A stretch of 42,298 bases of DNA, from the NCBI GenBank assembly GCA_964528115.1, contig CAZGRJ010000002.1:1-42298 (forward strand). The letters run 5' to 3'. The notes under the pieces are model-generated. The model did not search any database. It was not told where the DNA came from and saw only the letters and a list, made by a program, of their open reading frames with translations. Source of the DNA: an uncultured Nitrospirales bacterium (GTDB taxonomy: Bacteria > Nitrospirota > JACRHL01). Made by a program: the position numbers and the translations under genes. Shown piece by piece: positions 1 to 9,650 of this stretch (within the stretch, counting starts at the first letter, position 1; every line of letters starts with the position of its first letter).

Positions 1-504
1 GCGCTTGCGCCCCTCGAACGGGAACGGCTTCGTGACCACGGCCACGGTGAGGGCCCCCAGCTCCTTGGCGATCTTGGCCACGACGGGCGCGGCGCCGGTG
101 CCCGTGCCGCCGCCCATGCCGGCGGTGACGAACACCATGTCGGCCCCGGCCAGGGCGTCCTTCAGGTGCTCGGCGTCCTCGTTGGCGGCGGTGCGGCCGA
201 CCTCCGGGTTGGCGCCCGCGCCCAGGCCCCGGGTCGTCGCGGCGCCGATCTGCACCTTGACCCCGGCCCGGTTGCGGCCCAGGGCCTGGCGGTCGGTGTT
301 GACCGCGACGAACGATACCCCCGACAGGCCCGCGGCGATCATGGAGCCCACCGCGTTGCAGCCGGCGCCCCCCACGCCGATCACCTTGATGAGCGGCGTG
401 CCGTCGTCGTCGCTGCTGAACTGGAACATGCCCGACCCCTCGGTGCGGGGGGGCGTGGCGTTCCCGCCGTCGCCCCGGATCCCCTGCGGTTCCTCGCCCG
501 TCAC
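1..504 (-). CDS. ftsZ: Cell-division GTPase FtsZ, N-terminal ~168 codons (3-prime part lies beyond the window start)
   Basis: My minus-strand translation reads [62 protein letters not shown]...[47 protein letters not shown], with the FtsZ/tubulin signature GGGTGTG. It is missing from the ORF track because it has no stop in the window. An in-frame GTG at 504-502 lies 7 nt after GGAGGG (516-511). An alternative ATG is at 429-427. It sits directly after ftsA. Confidence 0.93.
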   Translation of the reverse strand, partial: MTGEEPQGIRGDGGNATPPRTEGSGMFQFSSDDDGTPLIKVIGVGGAGCNAVGSMIAAGLSGVSFVAVNTDRQALGRNRAGVKVQIGAATTRGLGAGANPEVGRTAANEDAEHLKDALAGADMVFVTAGMGGGTGTGAAPVVAKIAKELGALTVAVVTKPFPFEGRKR

Positions 505-546
505 GATGTGCCCTCCATGGTCACAATGGAAAACCTCCCCTGGCGC

Positions 547-1761
547 CTAGAAGAACGCCTTCATCCAGTCCGTCAGGCGCCGCACCCCCTCCTCGCGCGC
601 CGGTCCCGCCGGGGCGGCGAGGCCCTCGACGGCGAAGCGCGTGAGCCCCACGCCCGTGGCGTGCTTGGGGTTGGCGGCCAGCTCCGTCAGGCCGCTCAGG
701 GAAGCCGGCACGCCGCGCCGGGCGGGCAGTCCCGTGGCCCGCTTCGCCAGGCCCACCACCCCCGAGAGCAGCGACCCGCCGCCGGTGAGCACGAGGCCCG
801 AGCCGATGCGGCGTGAGAGGCCCGAGCGTTCGATCTCCTCGCCCACCAGGGACAGGATCTCGTCCATCCGGGCCTCGACGATCTCGGCGAGCAGGCGGCG
901 CGCCACCTGCCGGGGGGCGCGGCCGCCGACGCTGGGCACCTCGATCCGGTCGTCCTCGCCGGTATCCTCCGCCACGGCGGTGGCGAACTGCACCTTGATG
1001 CGCTCCGCGTCCTTGACGGGCGTGGCGAGGCCGAAGGAAATGTCGCGCGTGACGTGGTTGCCGCCTAAGCCCAGGACCCACGTGTGGCGCACGCTGCCGC
1101 CGACGTACACGGCCAGGTCGGTCGTGCCGCCGCCGATGTCCACCAGGGCGACGCCCAGCTCCAGCTCCTCCGGCGAGAGCACGGCGCGGGCCGATGCGAG
1201 GGGCTGCGGCACCATGCCGGTCACTTCGAGCCCCGCCTTCTGGATGCAGCGCATGAGGTTCTCGACGGCGGTGCCGGCGCCCATGATGACGTGGGCCTCG
1301 ACACTGAGCAGGTTGCCCGCCAGCCCCACCGGGTCGGCCACGGCGTCCTGGCCGTCCAGGACGTAGCGCTGGGGGGTGACGTGGATGATGTCGTCGTCGC
1401 GCGACAGCTCCACCGCGCGGGCCGCGTCGAGCACCCCGAGGAGGTCCTCGTGCCGGACCTCGGCGCCCTTGATCCCGACGGTGGCGCGGTTGTTGATGCC
1501 CTTCAGGTGCGCCCCGGACACCCCCGCCACGACCGCCCGGATCTCGACCCCGGACATCTCCTCCGCCTCGGCCACGGCCTTGCCGATGGCCTCCACGGTC
1601 TCGTCGATGGAGACCACCACGCCCTGCTTGAGGCCCGAGTGGGAGGCGGTGCCGAGCCCCAGGATGGTGACCTCGGGGCCCTCCTTGGGCTCGGCCACGA
1701 CGGTGCAGACCTTGGTGGTCCCAACGTCCAGCCCGACGACGATGTCGTCCTTGCGTGCCAT
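547..1761 (-). CDS. ftsA: Cell-division protein FtsA (actin-like ATPase)
   Basis: ORF 547..1794. The conserved N-terminus [18 protein letters not shown] starts at ATG 1761-1759, preceded by GGAGAGGGA. It has the actin-fold motifs DVGTTK and [13 protein letters not shown] and lies between ftsQ and ftsZ. Confidence 0.93.
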   Translation of the reverse strand: MARKDDIVVGLDVGTTKVCTVVAEPKEGPEVTILGLGTASHSGLKQGVVVSIDETVEAIGKAVAEAEEMSGVEIRAVVAGVSGAHLKGINNRATVGIKGAEVRHEDLLGVLDAARAVELSRDDDIIHVTPQRYVLDGQDAVADPVGLAGNLLSVEAHVIMGAGTAVENLMRCIQKAGLEVTGMVPQPLASARAVLSPEELELGVALVDIGGGTTDLAVYVGGSVRHTWVLGLGGNHVTRDISFGLATPVKDAERIKVQFATAVAEDTGEDDRIEVPSVGGRAPRQVARRLLAEIVEARMDEILSLVGEEIERSGLSRRIGSGLVLTGGGSLLSGVVGLAKRATGLPARRGVPASLSGLTELAANPKHATGVGLTRFAVEGLAAPAGPAREEGVRRLTDWMKAFF

Positions 1762-1777
1762 CCCTCTCCGCGTCGCC

Positions 1778-2650
1778 TTACAGGGGCCGGGCAATCACCC
1801 GGTCGTCGTAGCGCAGGTCCACCTCCGCGCCCTTCTTGCTCGCCAGGGCGACGATCTCCGGGCGCAGGGCCGAGAGGCGCGCCAGGCGCCAGCGGTAGCC
1901 GCCCTTGGCGCCGAGCCGCACCCTGAGCGCCTCCACCAGCAGCAGCGGGTCCTCCGGGTCGGCCACGTCCACCAGGGCGTCGGGACCCCACGCCTTGGCC
2001 ACCGCGAGCCCCAGGGCCACCTTCCCCGCGTCCACCCGCTCGCCCGCCACCTTGCGGCGCGCGTCGATGCCGGTCAGGCGCGGCAGGTCGGCGGTCTCGG
2101 CGTCGTCCGCGTCGCCGAGGACGACGCCCTCCCGGTCCACCATCACCTCCCCGCCGGACGTCGCGGCCGAGGACGTGGTGATGACGGCCGCCGGGCTGCG
2201 CTCCCAAATGCGGACCCAGAGCGTGCCCGGGTACATGCGGCGCACCGACACCCGCTCCACCCACGGGTGGGAGAGCAGGGCCGAGGAGACCGCCGCTACG
2301 TTCACGTCCGGCAGACTAATGCCGGGGGGCAGACCGATGCGCTTGAGGAGCATCGCCTCCGGCAGGCGCGCCATGCCCTCCAGGGCGATCTCGCGCACGG
2401 CGAGCAGGCCGTGGGACTTGGCCTCCGCGTAGCCGTACACGGCACCGACGCCGCCACCCGCGAGCAGGGTCACGGCGAGGATCGTCCCCACCACGCGCCG
2501 CTGATTCCTCCGGCGCCGGGCCCGGGCCACGTCCACCGGATCGCGCCGGACGTTGCGGCCGGAGGACGTGGCCGCCTTCGAGCGGGCGGCCTTCTTGCCC
2601 GCGGACTTGCGCGCCGTGCGATTTCCTGGGCGGACGACGACGGCGCTCAC
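1778..2650 (-). CDS. ftsQ: Cell-division protein FtsQ (basic N-tail, one TM helix, POTRA domain)
   Basis: This is the C-terminal 290 aa of ORF 1778..3277. GTG 2650-2648 overlaps the ddl TGA (GTGA). The TM segment is VVGTILAVTLLAGGGVGAVYGY, followed by a POTRA-like LAVREIALEGMARLPEAMLLKRIG. It occupies the conserved ddl-ftsQ-ftsA position. The start codon is inferred. Confidence 0.85.
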   Translation of the reverse strand: MSAVVVRPGNRTARKSAGKKAARSKAATSSGRNVRRDPVDVARARRRRNQRRVVGTILAVTLLAGGGVGAVYGYAEAKSHGLLAVREIALEGMARLPEAMLLKRIGLPPGISLPDVNVAAVSSALLSHPWVERVSVRRMYPGTLWVRIWERSPAAVITTSSAATSGGEVMVDREGVVLGDADDAETADLPRLTGIDARRKVAGERVDAGKVALGLAVAKAWGPDALVDVADPEDPLLLVEALRVRLGAKGGYRWRLARLSALRPEIVALASKKGAEVDLRYDDRVIARPL

Positions 2651-3552
2651 GAGAACCGCTCCGCCCGGGCCCCGGCCAGCATCCGGGCGATCAGGTCTGC
2701 AAACGACATCCCGGCGGCGGCCGCGGCCTTGGGCAGGAGGCTCTTGCGGGTGAGGCCGGGGATCGTGTTGATCTCCAGGACCCACGGGTTCAGGGCGTCG
2801 TCCAGCATCAGGTCCACCCGCGCCGCCCCGGCGCAGCCGAGGGCCCGGTAGGTGGCCACGGATGCGTCGCGGATGCGCGCCGCCTTGGCCTCCGGCAGGT
2901 CGGCGGGGCAGATGTATTGGGTGCCCGAGTCGGTGTACTTGGCCTCGTAGGAGAAGATGCCGGCGGCCGGGACGATCTCGAGCACGGGAAGCGGCTCGCC
3001 GTCCAGGACGCTCACCGTCACCTCGCGCCCGGGCACGGCGGCCTCCAGGTAGACCTCGGCGTCCTCGGCCCTTGCCGCCGCCACGGCCTCGTCCAGGGCC
3101 TCGCCGCCCTTGACCGTGGAGACGCCGATGGAGGAGCCCCCCCGGCGCGGCTTGACCACGAGCGGGAAGGCGATCTCCGGCCGGACGGGCATCCCCGGCG
3201 CCAGGCACTGGTACGCGGGCGTCGGGACACCCTGGGCCTTGAGGACACCCTTGGCGAGCACCTTGTCGAAGGCGCACGCGCTCGCCGCCACGCCCGAGCC
3301 GGTGAACGGGATGCGCAGGAGCGTCAGGAGCCCCTGGATGATGCCGTCCTCGCCGTACTTGCCGTGCAGGGCGACGAAGGCGGCCTCGGGGGCGAGGTCC
3401 GCCAATACGCTCGCCACGCCCCGGCCCACGTCCACGCGGGTCACGTCGTGGCCCAGCTCCACCAGGGCGTCGGCGGCGGCGTTGCCGCTCAGGAGCGAGA
3501 TTTCGCGCTCGCTCGACAGGCCGCCCATGAGGACCGCGACGCGCATGCTCAT
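2647..3552 (-). CDS. ddl: D-alanine--D-alanine ligase
   Basis: This is the C-terminal 301 aa of ORF 2647..4560. It starts MSMRVAVLMGGLSSEREISLLSG and contains HGKYGEDGIIQGLL and EINTIPGLT. ATG 3552-3550 overlaps the murB TGA (ATGA). Confidence 0.93.
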   Translation of the reverse strand: MSMRVAVLMGGLSSEREISLLSGNAAADALVELGHDVTRVDVGRGVASVLADLAPEAAFVALHGKYGEDGIIQGLLTLLRIPFTGSGVAASACAFDKVLAKGVLKAQGVPTPAYQCLAPGMPVRPEIAFPLVVKPRRGGSSIGVSTVKGGEALDEAVAAARAEDAEVYLEAAVPGREVTVSVLDGEPLPVLEIVPAAGIFSYEAKYTDSGTQYICPADLPEAKAARIRDASVATYRALGCAGAARVDLMLDDALNPWVLEINTIPGLTRKSLLPKAAAAAGMSFADLIARMLAGARAERFS

Positions 3553-4478
3553 GCCGCCTCCCCGGCGGCCTCGCGGCCGATCACCTTGAGCTCCAGCTCC
3601 AGGGCCACGCCGAAGCGCTCGCGCACCAGCGCCTGCACGTCGGCCACGACGGCGAGCACGTCGGCGGCGCGGGCGTGGCCGTGGTTGACGATGAAGTTGG
3701 CGTGGCGCTCCGAGACGGCCGCGTCGCCATGGGCGATCCCCTTGCCACCGGCCTCCTCGATCAGGCGCGCGGCGAAATCGTCCGGCGGGTTCTTGAACAC
3801 CGAGCCCGCGTTCGGGGTGAGGATCGGCTGGGTGCGGCCGCGCCGGTCGAGGTACTCGTCCATCTCGGCCTTGAGCACCACCGGGTCGCCCGGGGCCAGT
3901 GCGAACACGGCCGACAGGACGATCCCCGCAGGCAAGGAGGAGTTGCGATAACCCAGGCCCAGCCGGTCGGACGGCAGGGTGAGGACGTCGCCCGACAGGG
4001 TGGCGATGTCCACGCACTCGAGCGCCTGCGCCAGCTCGCCGCCGTGGGCCCCGGCGTTCATGCGCACGGCGCCCCCCACGGTGCCCGGGATGCCGATGGC
4101 GAAGGCCAGGCCCTTCAGCCCCCGGCGCGCGGCCTCGCGCGCCAGGCGTGGAAACGACACCCCGGCCTCGGCCACCAGGCCGTCGCCCCCCAGGGGCGTG
4201 ATCGCGGTGCAGGCCGACAGGCGCACCACCACGCCCGCGATGCCGCCGTCGCGCACCAGGACGTTGGTGCCGTTGCCGAGCACCGTGACGGGTAGCGAAT
4301 AGTCCTGGCAGCGGGCGAGCAGGCCCGGGACGTAGCGCGCGCCCGCCGGTGTGACGAGGAAGTCGGCCGGGCCGCCGATGCGGTAGGAGGTGTGGCGCGA
4401 CAGGGGCTCGTCCACCTGCACCTTGCCGAAGGCGGACAGGGCCTCGGCCACGTCGGCCTTGGCGCGCACGGCGGTCAT
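3549..4478 (-). CDS. murB: UDP-N-acetylenolpyruvoylglucosamine reductase
   Basis: Within ORF 3549..4589. The protein starts MTAVRAKADVAEAL at ATG 4478-4476, overlapping the murC TGA (ATGA). Motifs: RHTSYRIGGPADFLV, GNGTNVLVRDGG, AGSVFKNP. Confidence 0.92.
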   Translation of the reverse strand: MTAVRAKADVAEALSAFGKVQVDEPLSRHTSYRIGGPADFLVTPAGARYVPGLLARCQDYSLPVTVLGNGTNVLVRDGGIAGVVVRLSACTAITPLGGDGLVAEAGVSFPRLAREAARRGLKGLAFAIGIPGTVGGAVRMNAGAHGGELAQALECVDIATLSGDVLTLPSDRLGLGYRNSSLPAGIVLSAVFALAPGDPVVLKAEMDEYLDRRGRTQPILTPNAGSVFKNPPDDFAARLIEEAGGKGIAHGDAAVSERHANFIVNHGHARAADVLAVVADVQALVRERFGVALELELKVIGREAAGEAA

Positions 4479-5923
4479 GCCTGGACGCCCTCGCCCGAGG
4501 CCCCGCCGGCCGCGGCCGGAGCGGCGTCGGCCGCGACGGTTCCATCGGCGACGGCCCCATCCGACAGATATGCCTCGCCCACCTTCCACACGTCGCCGGC
4601 GCCCAGGGTGAGCAGCACGTCGCCCGGCTCCAGGGTGGCGGCCAGGTGCTTGAGGACGGCGGCTCGGGTCCCCTCGTGGCGGGCGTCGCGGTGGCCGCAG
4701 GCCTTGATCCGGCCGAGCAGGGTGGCGGCGTCGATGTTCGCGATGGGGGTCTCGCCCGCGGCGTAGATGTCCATCAGGACCAGGGAATCGGCGCCGTGGA
4801 AGGCCTGGGCAAAGGCGCCCATCTGGTCGCGGGTCCGGGTGTAGCGGTGGGGCTGGAAGACCACCACGAGGCGGCGCTCGGGGAAGCCCTCGCGGGCCGC
4901 GGCCAGCACCGCCTTGACCTCCGTGGGGTGGTGGCCGTAGTCGTCCACCACCGTCACGCCGTCCTTCTCCCCCTTGCGCTCAAAGCGCCGCCCCACGCCC
5001 CCGAAGGCGGCGAGGGACGTGCGGATGACCTCCACCTCGACCCCTAAGTCCAGCCCCGTGCAGATGGCGGCCATGGCGTTTTGGGCGTTGTGGCGCCCGG
5101 TGAGGGGGACGGTGAAGGCGCCGATGGGCTCGCCCTTGAAGGTGGCGTCGAAGCGCACCCCGGCGGGGGTGATGATCAGGTTCTCGGCGCGCAGGTCGGC
5201 CTGGGGCGTAAAGCCGTAGGTGATGAGGCGCTTGTCGATGCGCGGCATGAGGGCGCGGATGGAGGCCTCGTCCAGGCACAGGATCACGGCGCCGTAGAAC
5301 GGCACCTTGCCCGCGAACGCGGCGAAGGCGTCGTAGATGCGCGCCTCGCTGCCGTAGAAGTCCAGGTGCTCGGCGTCGATGTTCGTGATGACCGCCACCG
5401 TCGGAGCGAGCTTGAGGAACGACCCGTCCGACTCGTCGGCCTCGGCCACCATGATCTCGCCCTTACCGAGCTTGGCGGAGGAGCCGTACTGGTTCAGGCG
5501 CCCGCCGATGACCACGGTCGGGTCGAGGCCGCCCTCGCCCAGGACCGTGGCGACGAGGCTCGTGGTGGTCGTCTTGCCGTGGGCGCCGGCGACGGCGATG
5601 CCGTACTTCATGCGCATCAGCTCGGCCAGCATCTCGGCGCGCTGGATCACCGGGATGCCCTGCTCGCGGGCGGCCAGCACCTCCACGTTGTCGCGCTGCA
5701 CGGCGGTGGAGACCACGACCACCTGGGCGTTCTTCACGTTCTCGGCGGCGTGGCCCTGGACCACGGTGCCGCCCAACCGCGCGAGGCGGCGGGTGACCTC
5801 GGTGTCGGACAGGTCCGAGCCCGAGACCGCGTAGCCCAGGTTGATGAGGACCTCGGCGATCCCGTTCATGCCGGAACCCCCGATCCCGACGAAATGAATC
5901 CTCTGGATGTTCGGAAATCTCAT
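4475..5923 (-). CDS. murC: UDP-N-acetylmuramate--L-alanine ligase
   Basis: Within ORF 4475..6037. ATG 5923-5921 gives MRFPNIQRIHFVGIGGSGMNGIAEVL. The Mur-ligase P-loop GAHGKTTTTSL is present. Confidence 0.93.
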   Translation of the reverse strand: MRFPNIQRIHFVGIGGSGMNGIAEVLINLGYAVSGSDLSDTEVTRRLARLGGTVVQGHAAENVKNAQVVVVSTAVQRDNVEVLAAREQGIPVIQRAEMLAELMRMKYGIAVAGAHGKTTTTSLVATVLGEGGLDPTVVIGGRLNQYGSSAKLGKGEIMVAEADESDGSFLKLAPTVAVITNIDAEHLDFYGSEARIYDAFAAFAGKVPFYGAVILCLDEASIRALMPRIDKRLITYGFTPQADLRAENLIITPAGVRFDATFKGEPIGAFTVPLTGRHNAQNAMAAICTGLDLGVEVEVIRTSLAAFGGVGRRFERKGEKDGVTVVDDYGHHPTEVKAVLAAAREGFPERRLVVVFQPHRYTRTRDQMGAFAQAFHGADSLVLMDIYAAGETPIANIDAATLLGRIKACGHRDARHEGTRAAVLKHLAATLEPGDVLLTLGAGDVWKVGEAYLSDGAVADGTVAADAAPAAAGGASGEGVQA

Positions 5924-5972
5924 GGCGTTGTCGCCACCCCGGCTGCGGGGATGCGCTGCTTGTCGGGGAACC

Positions 5973-7064
5973 TCATGGCACCGCGACCCCGGTTGAAAGG
6001 AGCCGGAGGCACTCGGCGACGATCTCCCGTGCGGCATTCGGGCGGCCGAGGGCCTTCGCGGCCGCCCCCATTGTAGCCAGTCGGTCGCGGTTTTGGAGCA
6101 GGCCGCGGATCAACGTTTCCAACGATTCGCCCGTGAGCGCTCCCTGGGGCAGGAACACGGCCGCCCCCGCCTCGGCCAAGAGGCGCGCGTTGGCGCTCTG
6201 GTGGTCGTGGGCGGCGTGGGGGTACGGGACCAGCACGGACGGCAGGCCGAGGGCGGTCAGCTCGGCCACGGTGGTGGCGCCGGCGCGGCAGACCACCAGG
6301 TCGGCGGCGGCGTAGGCGGCGCCCATGTCGTCGATGAACGCGGCGGCGTTCGCGCGCTCCCCGAGGTCGGCGTAGGCGGCCTGGACGCGCTCCAGGTCGA
6401 GGTGACCGGTCTGGTGCGTGATGGTGAGGCCGGGCAGGTCGGCGAGCAGGCCGGGGGCGGCCTCGAGCATGGCGTCGTTCAGGGCCCGGGCCCCCTGGCT
6501 GCCGCCGAAGACCAGCAGGTGCGGCGGGGCGCTGGCGGGGCGGTCGCGCTTCGCGTCGAGCAGCTCGGCCCGCACCGGGTTGCCGGGGCAGACGAACTTC
6601 CCGCCCTTGAACCGTTCCCGCGCCGCGTCGAAGGTCAGAAACACCCGCGCCACGTGGGGGCCGAAGATGCGGTTCGTGACGCCGGGCACGGCGTTCTGCT
6701 CCAGGACCACCCGGGGCAGGCGAAACAGCCCCGCCATCAACAGGACCGGCGCCGAGGCGTAGCCCCCCACCCCCACCACGAGGTCGGGGCGGAACTCCCG
6801 CAGGACGCGGCCCGCCGCCGCCAGGGCGGAGGGGAGGATGGCGAGGCCCAGAAGGCGTCTCAGGATGCCCTTGCCGACCAGGCCCATGACGGGCAGGGTG
6901 AAGAGGCGGTAGCCGCGCGCCGGGATGAGCCGTGCCTCCAGGCCGCGCATCGTGCCGGCGAAGGCGACCTCGGTGCCGGGCACCGCCTCGGCGAAGGCCG
7001 CGGCCACGGCAAGCCCCGGAAACAGGTGCCCGCCCGTGCCGCCCCCGGCCACGAGCACCCTCAC
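5973..7064 (-). CDS. murG: Lipid II-forming GlcNAc transferase MurG
   Basis: This is the C-terminal part of ORF 5973..8246. It contains (V)RVLVAGGGTGGHLFPGLAVA and GGSQGA. GTG 7064-7062 overlaps the ftsW TGA (GTGA). Another in-frame GTG at 7067 is equally possible. Confidence 0.9.
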   Translation of the reverse strand: MRVLVAGGGTGGHLFPGLAVAAAFAEAVPGTEVAFAGTMRGLEARLIPARGYRLFTLPVMGLVGKGILRRLLGLAILPSALAAAGRVLREFRPDLVVGVGGYASAPVLLMAGLFRLPRVVLEQNAVPGVTNRIFGPHVARVFLTFDAARERFKGGKFVCPGNPVRAELLDAKRDRPASAPPHLLVFGGSQGARALNDAMLEAAPGLLADLPGLTITHQTGHLDLERVQAAYADLGERANAAAFIDDMGAAYAAADLVVCRAGATTVAELTALGLPSVLVPYPHAAHDHQSANARLLAEAGAAVFLPQGALTGESLETLIRGLLQNRDRLATMGAAAKALGRPNAAREIVAECLRLLSTGVAVP

Positions 7065-8167
7065 CACCGCCCCGGCCGGGCCTTGGAGATGTTCACGAGC
7101 ACCCCCACGGCGAGCAGGTTGATGAGCAGCGACGAGCCGCCGTAGCTGACGAACGGCATGGGCAGCCCCTTGTTGGGCAGCACCCCCACGGCGACGCCCA
7201 TGTTCACCAGGGCCTGGATCACCACCATGAGGGTGAGCCCCAGGGCGAGGTAGCGCCCGAACGGCTCGCCCGCGTGGCGCGAGATCTTGAAACCGCGCCA
7301 CGCGAACACGGCGAACAGGATGAGGACGAGGGCCGCGCCGAGCAGGCCCAGCTCCTCGCCGATCACGGCGTAGATGAAGTCGGTATGGGGCTCCGGCAGG
7401 AAGAACAGCTTCTGGCGCCCCTCGCCCAGGCCCAGTCCCGTCACCCCCCCGGAGCCGAACGCCAGGAACGACTGCACCACCTGGAAGCCGGTATTGCTCG
7501 CGTCCGCCCACGGGTTCAGGAACGAGCGGACCCGGTCGAGGCGGTACGGCTCCAGGTAGATCGCCAGGGCCAGGCCCGCGCCCGCCAGCCCCCCCAGGGG
7601 CACGATGTAGCGCCAGCCGATGCCGCCCACGAAGAGCAGCACGCCCGCCACGGCCCCGAGGGCGACGGCGTTTCCCAGGTCGGGCTCCACGACGATCAGG
7701 CCGAGCATCAGGCCCACCACCAGCGTGGGGCGGATCACGGCGGCAGGCCGCCCGGCCCGCAACTCGCCCCCGTGGCGGGCGGCGTAGCCGGCCATGTAGA
7801 CGACCGCGACGAACTTCGCGAGCTCGGACGGCTGGAGGGAGAAGGGGCCGAGCGGCAGCCAGCGCCGGGCGCCGTTGACGACCACCCCCACGCCGGGCAC
7901 GAGCACCGCGCCCAGCAGCAGGCAGGTGAGGACCACCAGCAGGCCCACCGAGCGGCCCCAGCGGGTGTAGTCGATGCGCGCCCCGGCCGCCAGGACCAGG
8001 AGGCCCGCCCCCGCCCAGGCGACCTGGCGGGCGGCGAAGTGCCACGAGTTGCCGTAGGCCGACAGGGCCCGGGGCGCGCTGGCGGAGTAGATCATGGCGA
8101 CGCCCGTGCCCACCAGGGCCAGGGTCAGGACGGGCAGCCACGGGTCGAAGGGGATCGTCTTGCGCAT
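7061..8167 (-). CDS. ftsW: SEDS-family peptidoglycan polymerase FtsW
   Basis: Within ORF 7061..8212. ATG 8167-8165 (MRKTIPFDPWLPVLTLALVGTGV) shares one nt with the murD TAA. The protein is polytopic and has the SEDS motif LQPSELAKF. The dcw position lies between murD and murG. Confidence 0.9.
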   Translation of the reverse strand: MRKTIPFDPWLPVLTLALVGTGVAMIYSASAPRALSAYGNSWHFAARQVAWAGAGLLVLAAGARIDYTRWGRSVGLLVVLTCLLLGAVLVPGVGVVVNGARRWLPLGPFSLQPSELAKFVAVVYMAGYAARHGGELRAGRPAAVIRPTLVVGLMLGLIVVEPDLGNAVALGAVAGVLLFVGGIGWRYIVPLGGLAGAGLALAIYLEPYRLDRVRSFLNPWADASNTGFQVVQSFLAFGSGGVTGLGLGEGRQKLFFLPEPHTDFIYAVIGEELGLLGAALVLILFAVFAWRGFKISRHAGEPFGRYLALGLTLMVVIQALVNMGVAVGVLPNKGLPMPFVSYGGSSLLINLLAVGVLVNISKARPGRW

Positions 8168-9648
8168 TATCCCGATCCTTTCGCGGCCCCCTGGGCCTGT
8201 CCCTTCGCCCATTGGGCGAACATCTCGCCCCGGTGGCCAAAGTCACGGAACTCGTCGAAGCTGGCGCAGGCGGGCGACAAGAGGACCGTCTCGCCGGGTT
8301 CGGCGCCCGCGCGGGCGTCCTCCACGGCCGCTTTGAGCCCCTCGACCACGGAGAGGCCGGGGAAGCCCTGGAGGACGACGCGGAACTTCTCCGCCGCCTC
8401 GCCGAAGACCACCGCCCGCCGCACCTTCAGGAAGATCGGCTCGCGCAGGGCGAACAGGTCGCCTGCCCCCTTGGCGCGCCCACCCAAAAGCAGCGTGACG
8501 GGCCCCTCCACGCCCTCCAGGGCCTTGACCACGGCGGCCGGGTTGGTGCCCTTGGAGTCGTCGATCCAGATCAGGCCGTCGTCCGTGGGCACCCTCTGCA
8601 TGCGGTGCGGCAGGCCCGGGAACGAGGCGAGGCGCTCGGCCACCACGGGCACGGGGCAGCCGGAGAGCAGGCAGAGGGCGGCGGCGGCCTGGGCGTTCTC
8701 CACGTTCTGGACGCCCGTCACCTTCAAGTCGGCCAGGTCCATGACCTTCACCGTGCGCCCGCCGGTGGTCACGGTGATGGCACCGTCCTTGGCGCGCACG
8801 CCGTCCGCGTCCGCGGGAGCGTCGTCCGGCAGGTTGAAGCGGACCGGGCGCGCGCCCTTCAAATGATGCTCGACCACGATGGGGGTGCGCGGGTCGCGGG
8901 CGTTGAGCAGGGCGTAGCCCTTCTCCATATAAAGGAAGATGCGGAACTTGGCGGTGTAGTAGGCCGACTCGCCGTCGTAGCGGTCCATGTGGTCCGGGGC
9001 CGTGTTGACGATGCACGCCAGCGTCGGCGCGAGGGAGTGGATCCCCTCCAATTGAAAGCTGGACAGCTCGCAGACGACCAGGTCCCACGGCTCGGTCGCA
9101 AGGGCGGCCTCCGACAGCGGCTCGCCCAGGTTGCCGCCGGTGAAGACCCGGGGCTTCCACCCCGACAGGACGTGGCCCGTCATGGCCGTGACCGTGCTCT
9201 TGCCGTTCGTGCCCGTGACGCCGATCAGGGGCGCCGACAGGTGGCGCCAGGCCAGCTCGACCTCCGCGATGACGGGGATGCCCTTGGCCTTCGCGGCGGT
9301 GATTGCCGGGTGCGCCATGGGCACGCCGGGCGAGAGGACCACCAGGTCGGCCGCCGTCAGGCACGCCGCCGGGTCGCCCTCGTGGGCCGGGATGCCGAGT
9401 TCCTTCGCCGCGGCCGCCAACGCCGCCGGATCGCCCTCGTCCACGGCCGTCACGGTCGCGCCCTCGCGCAGGAGCAGCCGGGCGGCGGCGCGGCCGCTCT
9501 TCGAGAGGCCGAACACGGCGACGTTGCGGCCCTTGAGGACCATCGGCTCGGGGCCGGGCTTCGGCGCCGGAGCCGGCGCGGGCGGCGGCGCATTTTGGGG
9601 CTCGGGGGCGGGCGCCTCGGGCTTCTTCTTCTTGAAGCGCTCGAACAC
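8167..9648 (-). CDS. murD: UDP-N-acetylmuramoylalanine--D-glutamate ligase, possibly with a 35-aa Lys/Pro/Ala-rich N-terminal extension
   Basis: This is the C-terminal part of ORF 8167..10734. The conserved core starts MVLKGRNVAVFGLSKSGRAAARLL at ATG 9543 and has the P-loop GVTGTNGKSTVT. An in-frame GTG at 9648-9646, 2 nt after the mraY TAG, would add VFERFKKKKPEAPAPEPQNAPPPAPAPAPKPGPEP. In that stretch 32 of 35 codons end in G/C. The choice between 9648 and 9543 is unresolved. Confidence 0.9.
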   Translation of the reverse strand: MFERFKKKKPEAPAPEPQNAPPPAPAPAPKPGPEPMVLKGRNVAVFGLSKSGRAAARLLLREGATVTAVDEGDPAALAAAAKELGIPAHEGDPAACLTAADLVVLSPGVPMAHPAITAAKAKGIPVIAEVELAWRHLSAPLIGVTGTNGKSTVTAMTGHVLSGWKPRVFTGGNLGEPLSEAALATEPWDLVVCELSSFQLEGIHSLAPTLACIVNTAPDHMDRYDGESAYYTAKFRIFLYMEKGYALLNARDPRTPIVVEHHLKGARPVRFNLPDDAPADADGVRAKDGAITVTTGGRTVKVMDLADLKVTGVQNVENAQAAAALCLLSGCPVPVVAERLASFPGLPHRMQRVPTDDGLIWIDDSKGTNPAAVVKALEGVEGPVTLLLGGRAKGAGDLFALREPIFLKVRRAVVFGEAAEKFRVVLQGFPGLSVVEGLKAAVEDARAGAEPGETVLLSPACASFDEFRDFGHRGEMFAQWAKGQAQGAAKGSG

Positions 9649-9650
9649 GG

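Noticed and set aside
2647-4560. ORF-track models with long N-terminal extensions that look like fusion proteins. Examples: ddl at 637 aa, murG at 757 aa, murD at 855 aa, mraY at 527 aa, sfsA at 517 aa and ftsQ at 499 aa.
   Set aside because: The extensions run out of frame through the upstream gene and are Arg/Pro/Gly-rich. The conserved N-termini begin at internal ATG/GTG codons that overlap the upstream stop (ATGA/GTGA/TGATG). I therefore trimmed the starts.
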